16,269 bases of DNA from Candidatus Krumholzibacteriia bacterium (GTDB lineage Bacteria > Krumholzibacteriota > Krumholzibacteriia > WVZY01). A program made the position numbers and the translations under genes. The notes below the pieces were generated by a model, which had not been told where the DNA came from, made no database searches, and was given only the letters and a program-made list of their open reading frames with translations. Location of the stretch: assembly GCA_036478295.1 (NCBI GenBank), contig JAZGDW010000030.1, positions 1 to 16,269 of the forward strand, given 5' to 3'. This document shows, in pieces, positions 15,906 to 16,269 of the stretch; position 1 is the stretch's first letter, and every line of letters begins with the position of its first letter.

Positions 15906-16269
15906 ATGAAGAAGTCTTTGATATTGCTTGTCTTGCCGCTCTTACTCGCCGGAGGCTGCGGAGACGACAATCGCCCCGTCGACGCGCAGCCGTTGCTTGA
16001 TGACCTCGTCATAGCCAATTGCTACGCGCTTCGAGACTCTGTTGAGGCATACGCCACCCAGAACGGCGAGTATCCAGATTTTACCCCTTGGAGGCCCTGG
16101 TTCAATAACCCTTTCACCGGCAACCTGACCCAACCCGTACAAACGTTTGCTCTCAATCCCGGTGAAACCGGTTATGTTCCGTACTACGTGGGACAGAAGT
16201 ATGAGGGATACCTGATTACGGGTTTCGGGGAAACCAATCAGATAATCAGTCTGAAGAGGAACTATCCCG
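15906..16269 (+). CDS. Predicted lipoprotein with pseudopilin/GspG-like motifs; 3' end outside the window
   Basis: Manual translation: MKKSLILLVLPLLLAGGC-GDDNRPVDAQPLLDDLVIANCYALRDSVEAYATQNGEYP...NPFTG...YLITGFGE... Signal peptide with lipobox Cys18, AGGGGA RBS, and no stop in 121 codons. Confidence 0.8.
   Translation, partial: MKKSLILLVLPLLLAGGCGDDNRPVDAQPLLDDLVIANCYALRDSVEAYATQNGEYPDFTPWRPWFNNPFTGNLTQPVQTFALNPGETGYVPYYVGQKYEGYLITGFGETNQIISLKRNYP

Overview
GC-rich (roughly 60%) bacterial chromosomal segment in three parts. (1) 1-5289 is a + strand housekeeping cluster: GerMN-domain gene (5' truncated), murI, a ~170-nt highly structured intergenic RNA candidate, rph, an rdgB-family gene with an internal insertion, and an ABC-2 exporter ATPase plus permease. 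(2) 5290-14328 starts with an intergenic region holding two repeat families, including six ~47-bp units with a palindromic core. Four glycan-related genes follow: a GT4 + (alpha/alpha)6-like fusion with a triplicated RBS+ATG, a convergent 1219-aa fusion (degenerate GT-A domain + unknown domain + intact GH130), a GT2 and a GT4-like gene. (3) 14500-16269 is a largely non-coding integration-scar region. It holds a promoter-driven 5' half of tRNA-Pro(TGG), a ~215-nt structured RNA bounded by a promoter and a terminator, minus-strand 3' fragments of tmRNA/tRNA and tRNA-Phe with 10-bp-phased flanks, and a lipoprotein ORF with pseudopilin-like motifs that the ORF track missed. All family assignments are from motif recognition; no searches were run.
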